NCBI GenBank assembly: GCA_038087875.1
Contig: JAXLNO010000855.1
Coordinates: 124,001-162,775 of the forward strand
Source of the DNA: Malacoraja senta
Lineage: Eukaryota
Length of the DNA: 38,775 nt
Reading direction: 5' to 3'
In this document: positions 31,255 to 38,775 of the stretch, piece by piece
How the letters are laid out: each line of letters begins with the position of its first letter
Position numbering within the stretch: position 1 is the first letter of the stretch
The notes under the pieces: generated by a model
Databases searched by the model: none
What the model was told of the DNA's origin: nothing
What the model saw: the letters and a program-made list of their open reading frames with translations, nothing else
Made by a program: the position numbers and the translations under genes

Positions 31255-31800
31255 GGTCATAAGGAATGGGTGTAGAATTAGGCCATTCGGCCCATCTAGT
31301 TCACTCCACCATTCAATCATTACTGATCTATCTCTCCCTCCTCACCCCAATTCTCCTGCCTTTTCCCCATAACCTCGGACACTTGTACCAATCAAGAATC
31401 TATCTATCTTCGACTTAAAAATATCCAGACGGCCTCCACAGCCTTCTGTGGCAACAAATTCCATGGATTTGCCACCCTCTGCCTTAAGAAATTTCTCCTC
31501 ATCTTCCTAAAAGAATGTCCTTTAAATCTGAGGCTATGGCCTCCAGTCCTAGACTCTCTCACTAGTGGATACATCCTCTCCACATCCACTCTATCCAAAC
31601 CATTCACTATTCTGTAGGTTTTAATGAGGTCCCCCCTCATTCTTCTAAACTCCAGAGAGTACAGACCCAGTGCTAACAAATGTTCATGATAGGTTAATCT
31701 ACTCATTTCTGGGATCATTGTTGTAAACCTCCTCTGGACCCTCTCCAGAGCCAGCACATCCTTTCTCAGATATAGTGCCCAGAATTGCTCACAATATTCT
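31255..31800 (-). mobile_element. CR1 LINE 3' fragment
   Basis: EYCEQFWALYLRKDVLALERVQRRFTTMIPEMSRLTY..LGLYSLEFRRMRGDLIKTYRIVNGLDRVDVERMYPLV. Confidence 0.92.
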
Positions 31801-32049
31801 CTAGCACTGAGGGAGCAGCTCTGCCAGTTGTGCCATTGTGCCGGCCTGGTAGTATTTTGTTTTAACATGTGGTTGTAAAATTGCATCACAAACTCTGCAG
31901 AACGTCCCGTATAGCACTAGATTCCACTGGTGTTTCTTTGGTGGGATATTGACCCGTGGCTCTCTGACTGAGAATGGAGATATGCTGTGGCTGACACCGC
32001 ATGAAAAAAATGTTTTGCACACAACTCACAGTTACTTCTTGCCTGGGTG

Positions 32050-32352
32050 GATGGAGCCCGCAGCGGGGGCTTGGGTCAGTGCCACAAAGGTGTCCGGAGA
32101 GGACCCGGCAGCGTTAATGAAAAGGCCAGTGTGGCGGTCGATGATGGCGCCGACCAATGGACGAGAACGGACTCGTGGAATTGAGGACGCCGCTGCTGAG
32201 GGAAGGAGCAAAGGAGGACCCGGCGTGGGGGACGGAGATTTGTAACTTTGTAAACGCCCTTTATGAGCAAATATTTCCATACCTTGTGTGTGCAAGCAAA
32301 GAATGTCACTGAGACTTGTCACATGTGACAATAAAGTATTCAATTCAATTCA
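32050..32352 (+). mobile_element. GC-rich non-autonomous retroelement with palindromic 3' end
   Basis: Ends CAAAGAATGTCACTGAGACTTGTCACATGTGACAATAAAG(TATTC)(AATTC)n. Confidence 0.65.
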
Positions 32353-32861
32353 ATCAACAGCCACCTCTCATAATCTATTGATAACAGGCCTTTTGTTACA
32401 AGATGGCATTCTCTGGAAAGGCGTAGGTTATTTAAAAATGTTTTAATCAATTTCTCTGATACAAGTGCACTGACCTCTTGTTCTGCTTTAGCTGTAAGTA
32501 GACACACTCTCTACAATACCTTTCTCACACGACCGAACTTTGAGGATCAGTTTGCACATGGTATGTTTGAGAGCTATTTCCATTTACTGGGAGACATCAC
32601 AGCCTAGCCTGAACTAGACTGCATGCTACTCTATAGTTAATGGTGAGATCAAGGCTTTTTGTCTGTCAGTCTGATATTGATTACAGTTGAATTCAGGAAA
32701 CCCAATACCAAACACAGCCTTTCACAAGGAAAAGCAAACAAATTGTGGCATTTACTTCAAGAAATACTCACACTCCCTATTGGACAATGTTAATGAATTC
32801 TGCTTTCAAACAATGAGTTCAAACCATGCTAAACAAGTCCAAGGAATTCTTAATGTAAACA

Positions 32862-33246
32862 AAGGAACTGCAGATGCTGGTTTAAGCTGAAGATAGACAC
32901 AAAATGTTGTAGTAACTCAGAGGCACAGGCAGCAGCTCTGGATAGAAGGAATGGGTGATGTTTTGGGTTGAGATCCTTTGGGGAAAAAATCATCCTGGCC
33001 TATGTGTAAATCGCATGTCAATGAGAATGGAGATGTTGACTGAAATGTGAGTCAGTGGGATTTGGATGGAAATGTGAATGCACAGAATTTAAAAGTAGTC
33101 TATTGGATCTGAACACATCTTGGTCTGAAGTAGGGTCTCGACCCACAATGTCACCCATTCCTTCTCTCCAGAGATGCTGCCTGTGAGTTACTCCAGCATT
33201 TTGTGTCTCTCTCCCGTGTAAACTGGCATCTGCAGTTCCTTCCTAC
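32862..33246. mobile_element. Inverted pair of Penelope 3' tails (~32862-32980 minus, ~33124-33246 plus)
   Basis: AAGGAACTGCAGATGCTGGTTTAAG..GACACAAAATGTTGTAGTAACTCA versus GAGTTACTCCAGCATTTTGTGTC..CTGGCATCTGCAGTTCCTT. Confidence 0.8.
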
Positions 33247-33253
33247 ACATTTG

Positions 33254-33408
33254 GTATGTGAATCAGTATTGTGTGAATGGATAATTTTTTGAATGGGTAT
33301 AAGCTTCAGAATGGTGTTGGTGGGGGCATTTTTGAATGGGGTATGTGATTCAGAATGGTGTGAATGGAGGAATTTTTGAACGGGCATGTGATTCAAAATG
33401 GTGTGAAC
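33254..33408. repeat. ~43-nt minisatellite, ~3.6 diverged copies
   Basis: Unit approximately GTATGTGATTCAGAATGGTGTGAATGGAGGAATTTTTGAATGG starting near 33254, 33296, 33341, 33384. Confidence 0.8.
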
Positions 33409-33949
33409 AGATCAAGTTTATCAATGACAGATACATTTATGCAATTAATCTATATTTATCATATCTAATTTTATAACATAAATATGAACCAAATTGAATT
33501 AATTACGTTCCACCCTGTTACTTGATCTTTTAGATAGTTGAGAAGGTATTGAAAGAGTTCCTTGTTCACTCAAGAACCCAGGCAATAGTGGACAGTTTAT
33601 CAGCAAACACTTGGCCCAGTGCCTGAGGTGCTCCAGTCACTAAGTGATGGAAATGTATTTGTCATTCCACAAATCTCACATTGTGTAAGAGGTTGGGGTT
33701 GGAGTCTCAGCCCAACAGATCAGTCAGAAGAGGTACAGGAACAGAGGCAGGGTGAATGTGTGATTTGGAGACTATCAGATACAGAATATTACAGGTCAGG
33801 AACTCACCCTTTGGCCCACAATGTATATGCCGAATGTAATGCCAAGATAAACTGACCTAGTCGAATGCAAACAGAAATTTTACATTCGATGAACACTTTC
33901 ACATCATACAACCCATCTCCAATGAAAATTATCTCCATCCTTCCATGAC

Positions 33950-35170
33950 TTTTAGTTATGGAGTCATAGAGTGATACAGTTTGGGAACAGGCCCTTCAGC
34001 CCAACTTGTCCACACTGGGCAACATGTCCCAGCTACACTAGTCCCACCTGCCTGCCTTTGGTCCATATCCCTCCAAACCTGTCATATCCATGTACATGTC
34101 TAACTGTTTCTTAAACGAGGGGATTGTCCCAGCCTCAATTACCTCCTCTGGGAGCTTGTTCCATACACCCACCACACTTTGTGTGAAAACGTTACCCTTC
34201 GGATTCCTATTAAATCTTATCCCATTGACCTTGAAACTATGTCATCTGGTCCTCGATTCCCCTACTCTGGGCAAAAGACTCTGTGCATCTACCCGAACTA
34301 TTCCTCTGATGGTATTGTATACCTCTTACAAGATCACCCCTCATCCTCCTGCGCTCCAAGGAATAGAGACCCAGCCTACTCAACCTCTCCCTATAACTCA
34401 CACCCTCTAGTCCTGGCAACATCCTTGTAAATCTTTTCTGACCAGTTTCAAGCTTGACAATATCTTTCCTATAACATGGTGCCCAGAACTGAACACAATA
34501 TTCTAAATGCGGTCTCACCAACATCTTATACAACTGCAACATGACCTCCCAACTTCTGTACTCATTATTCTGACTGATGAAGGCCAATGTGCCAAAAGCC
34601 TTTTTGACCACCTTATCTACCTATGACTCGACCTTTAAGGAACCTTGCACTTGTACTCCTAGATCCCTCTCCTCTCAACACTCCCCAGAGACCGACCATT
34701 TACTGTGTTAGACGTCCCAAAAAGCAACACCTCACACTTCTCTGTATTAAATTCCATCAACCATTCCTCGGCCCACTGGCCAATCGATCCAGATCCTGCT
34801 GCAATCGTTCACAACCATTGTCTACCTGCAACCGTTCACAACCATCTTCACTATCTGCAAAACCACTCCCTTTTGTATCATCAGCAACCTTGCTAATCTT
34901 GCCCCGTATTATATCATCCAAATCAATTATGTAGATGACAAACAGTAACGGGCCCAGCACCGAACCCTGAGTCACACCACTAGTCACACGCCTCCAATCA
35001 GTGAAGCAACCTTCCACCATCACCCTCTGCTTCCTTCCATGGAGCCATTTGCTATCCATTCAGCTATCTCTCCTTGGATCTCATGTGATCAAATCTTCCA
35101 GAGCAGCCTACCATGCGGAGCCTTTTCGAATACCTTTCTGAAATCCATGTACACAACATCTACAGCTCTG
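33950..35170 (-). mobile_element. CR1/HER1 LINE: RT C-terminal half to 3' end, with a ~27-nt internal duplication
   Basis: VTSGVTQGSVLGPLLFVIYI.DLD..KISKVADDTK; GCERLQ appears twice; KKAFGTLAFISQNNEYRSWEVMLQLYKMLVRPHLEYCVQFWAP. Confidence 0.95.
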
Positions 35171-35343
35171 TAGAGCTTCCACAGCTTGAGTTGTGCAAAG
35201 TCATGGAGAACACATCTCCGGTCAGTCAGCTAATTTCCATTGTGTTCAGTGTGTTGGACTGAGGGAAAAAATGGGATTAAAGGATGAGATTCTTTCTCCA
35301 GTTGCTGTGATACATTGTAAATGGATCGATTGTAATGTGTACG

Positions 35344-35530
35344 AAGGAACTGCAGATACTGGTTTAAACAGAAGATAGTCATAAAAAAGCTGGAGTAACT
35401 CAGCGGGGCAGGCAGCATCTCTGGAGAGAAGAATTGAAGAAAGTCTCAACCTGAAACGTCACCCATTCCTTCTCTCCAGAGATGCTGCCTGTCCTGCTGA
35501 GTTACTCCAGCTTTATGTGTCTATCTTCAG
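35344..35530. mobile_element. Foldback of Penelope 3' tails with a degenerate hammerhead-like core in the loop
   Basis: ~60-bp arms 35371-35431 and 35469-35528; loop contains TTGAAGAAAGTCTCAACCTGAAACGTCACC. Confidence 0.88.
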
Positions 35531-36294
35531 ATCGATTACAATCATGTATTGACTTTCTGCTGACTGGTTAGCACACAACAAACGCTTTTCACTGTAAACA
35601 GCTTTCACTATTTCACAATAAACTAAACTGAACTGAGACTATTAATACTTCATACCTGTGCATAAACCTGGGCAAATGAATTTTAAAATAATTCTTGTCT
35701 ATAACCTGCTTATGTATTCAAGTGACAGTGGGTGCATTGATTCAATGGTTCAATGGTACTTTATTGTCACATATACCTGGGTTCAGTGAAATTACTTTTT
35801 GCCTACAGTTCTGTCAAACATTTACAATACACAAGGACAATCATACTTTAGTACAAGACTACAGGAAATATAGATTACATTGAGACAATACACAATTTGT
35901 ATTGATTTCCACTAACATTTTGCATAAATCAAAACTCCAAAGTTATAAACAATGTAGAGATTTAACTTGACCTGATAACCTATTGCTTTGGTGGCAGCAC
36001 CGGTTTGGAGCTGCAGGGTTTAGCCCACAATGTTTGGTATTAGTGTAAAGTTCATAATATCAGGATTATTCTTGCATGGAACAGACACTGGTCCACAACC
36101 CCAACTTGAATCTGATTTCATGAATTAATTGGCCATTGTACACTTGGCCAGACATTCCTTATCAAGATTACCATAAGGGACAACCTGCCCTGCCAATGTT
36201 ACCTCAAAGTGACTATGAGTGTGGTGAACATGGATTGACTTGGAAAGTTTCCTGAAAGATCAGCACACATTGAAATGATAACGCAATCAACTGT

Positions 36295-36580
36295 TATTCG
36301 ATGCAAGAGTAGGGGAATCGAGGACCAGAGGACATAGGTTCAAGGTGAAGGGGAAAAAGATTTAATAGGAATCCGAGGGTCAACATTTTCACACAAAGGC
36401 TGGTGGGTGTATGGAACAAGCTGCCAGAGGAGGTAGTTGAGGCTGGGACTATCCTATCCTTTAAGAAACAGTTAGACAATCGCAGGCAAGTGGGACCAGT
36501 GTAGCTGGGACATTGTTGGCCGGTGTGGGCGAGTTGGGCCGAAGGACCTGTTTCCAAACTGTATCACTCTATGACTCTAT
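36295..36580 (+). mobile_element. CR1/HER1 3' end
   Basis: ESRTRGHRFKVKGKRFNRNPRVNIFTQRLVGVWNKLPEEVVEAG. Confidence 0.85.
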
Positions 36581-37014
36581 GATATTATTAATAAAATTAA
36601 TTAACAACAATCAAGTAGATTGTTTGAAGCTGTTCCCATTCCTTATGCAGATCCAAGTAACCCAATCAAGGTAAATCAATGTTAGGTGCCTGGAAGATGT
36701 GGAGTACTCAATAATCAAGATCTGGTACTTTAGTGACCTTCCTTCCATTATAAAGTCAAAAGTGATTGTCTGTTGTTGATTGCACAATGCTCAATTTCAT
36801 TTCCTCATTTATTCACTGCACCACAAGCTTTAACCAGTGACAAAACACACTGCAGATACGTGTCATCTAGTCCATCAGAACATTCCAAACTCAACATCTC
36901 AAGCACAAGAACAACAAGGTCAGCAGATGTGTGGGAACCTGACCTGGGATCCATCCTGACTTAGAAATGAATCACCATTTATTCATAATTGAGTTTGGTT
37001 TAGAGATATGTCAT

Positions 37015-37540
37015 GCCAGCAGTTCGAAATAAACAGGTCGGGAGAGGGTAGAAGGCTGGCACAGGGGGTCAAAGAGGATGGGGTTTGTAGGATAAGGAGG
37101 ACTGTGTTTTCACCGGGAGGTGAGGACTCCTTCCCGTAGAAAAAGGCTTGGAGGCGGAGGCAACTGAAGAAGATCTCTACATCATGGTGAGCCCTGAATT
37201 TGTTGAGGTGGGGGTGTAGGGATACAAAGATAAGGCCTCAGTTGAAGACTGACTGTTCTGTATCAGAAGGAAGTCGGGGGGGAAGGACCCCGGAGAGCTT
37301 TACTGTATATTGTCGGGGCCAGCAGCATAGAGGCCCAAGGCCGGAAAAGGGGCTTGCAAACCATGTGTTGATGTCTTTGGCCGACTGGTGGCCGGTGAAG
37401 AGGCGAGGATCGGCGGAGTCAATGGGCCCACGAGTGGCTAGAGTACAGGTAAAGGTTGGCGGCAAACATGGCCTGGAAGCTTTGTGGGCCGATGGTGGCA
37501 TGATCAACAGTGTCAGTAGGTCAGGCCTGGAAGCTCCATT
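37015..37540 (-). mobile_element. Penelope-like element, ORF N-terminal region
   Basis: Minus strand reads PSDTEQSVFN*GLIFVSLHPHLNKFRAHHDVEIFFSCLRLQAFFYGKESSPP, matching the N-terminal motif I recognise from vertebrate Penelope ORFs. Confidence 0.7.
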
Positions 37541-37544
37541 AACC

Positions 37545-38440
37545 ATTCTTCAGCCCACTTGTCTCACTGATCACGATCCAGCTGTAATTTTTGATACTGT
37601 TCACTGTTTATGATACCAACTAGGTCAATGTCATCTGCAAAGTTTCTAATCATGCCGCACATTTTCATCTAAGTTGCTTATATAAACCACAATCAGCAAT
37701 GGGCCCAGCACTGATCCCTGAGGGACACCTCTAGTCACAGGCCTCCAGTGTGAAAAGCACTTCCACTATCACCCTATGCTTCCATGAACGTAATTCTTTG
37801 TTTAGGCAGCTAGTTCTCCCTGAATTCCATGAGCTCTAATCATCCAGAGCAGCCTACCATGCAGAAACTTATCAAAGGCCTTGCTAAAGACCATATGTAC
37901 AATGTCTATGACCTTATCATCATCAACCTTCTTGGTTACTTTTTCCAAAAACTACCAGATTGGCGATGCATGATCTCCCACGTACAAAACCACACTGACC
38001 AGCCCCTGTCTCTACAAATGCATATTTACCCTATCTCTCAGAATCCTGTCCAGTAACTTACCTACTGCAGATTGTAGGCCCACTGATTTATAGTTTCTAG
38101 GCTATGCCCTGTAGTCCTTCTAACAATGATTCATATCTCTCAGTCAGGGCGCTTGCAATTTTTTCTCTAGCTCCCCACAGTGTCCTCTGATATATCTGAT
38201 CAGGTCTGGGTGAATTATCTACTTTCATATGTCTTAGGATGTCCAGCACATCATCGGCCATAACACGGACTGTCCTCCAGACATCTCCATTTCCTGTTGC
38301 AAGCTCCCTCATCTTCAAATCTTTCTCCACAGTAAAAACAGGGGAGAAATACTCATTGAAAATCTTGCTCATCTCATGCAGCTCCTCACAGAGATGACAG
38401 CTTTTATTTTCTGAGTGGATTTATTCTTTATCAAGTTACC
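37545..38440 (-). mobile_element. CR1 RT fragment
   Basis: MSKIFNEYFSPVFTVEKD..VDNSPRPDQIYQRTLW; VTRGVPQGSVLGPLL; GMIRNFADD. Confidence 0.88.
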
Positions 38441-38459
38441 CTCATTCATTTAATATAGG

Positions 38460-38775
38460 AGCGAAGAAGACTGTAAAAACTTGTGAACACTGCCCAGTCC
38501 ATCACGGGTTCTGACCTCCCCACCATCGAAGGAAGCTCAAAAAGGCAGCAAGGATCATCAGAGACCCACACCACCCTGGCCACACACTTATTTCACCCCT
38601 GCCATAGGGTAGAAGGTACAGGAGCCTGAAAATTGTAACGTCAGGTTCAGCAATAACTTCTACCCTACAGCCTTTAGGCTATTAAACACTACAGCCTTAA
38701 ACAAGCTCTTAACTACATAGACTATTATTGTTATTGTTGCACCATTATTGTTTGTTTTTTGTGTGTACATATGAG
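38460..38775 (+). mobile_element. Rex1/Babar-type LINE 3' end
   Basis: KKAARIIRDPHHPGHTLISPLP*GRRYRSLKIV..RFSNNFYPTAFRLLN. Confidence 0.8.

Overview
Repeat-dense intronic and intergenic DNA from a cartilaginous fish. The HE1 SINE, HER1/CR1 and Penelope repeats indicate an elasmobranch; a skate or ray is my inference. The only host gene I can support is a + strand non-classical MHC class I-like locus: an X2/Y (SXY-type) promoter at ~7315-7392, a candidate leader exon (7496-7547), alpha1 (11484-11744), alpha2 (13488-13763), alpha3 (14968-15240) and a TM/cytoplasmic exon (23077-23297). All exon junctions are phase 1. Leader, alpha1, alpha2 and TM exons are open, but alpha3 carries two in-frame TAG codons. 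The locus is therefore either a young pseudogene or a gene that skips alpha3 to give an in-frame 269-aa alpha1-alpha2-TM protein (EPCR/ULBP-like architecture). The groove lacks most classical peptide-anchoring residues and alpha2 has six Cys. The alpha3-TM intron holds a 3.5-kb non-autonomous hAT element and a near-intact IR/DR Tc1 inserted 13 nt upstream of the TM exon. The Tc1 carries a teleost-type CORE SINE, suggesting horizontal transfer with a hitchhiker. Penelope-derived termini with minimal hammerhead-ribozyme motifs, often as foldbacks, occur throughout. The rest is L1, CR1, Rex1-type, SINE and nested DNA-transposon debris; most ORFs in the supplied track are repeat artefacts.
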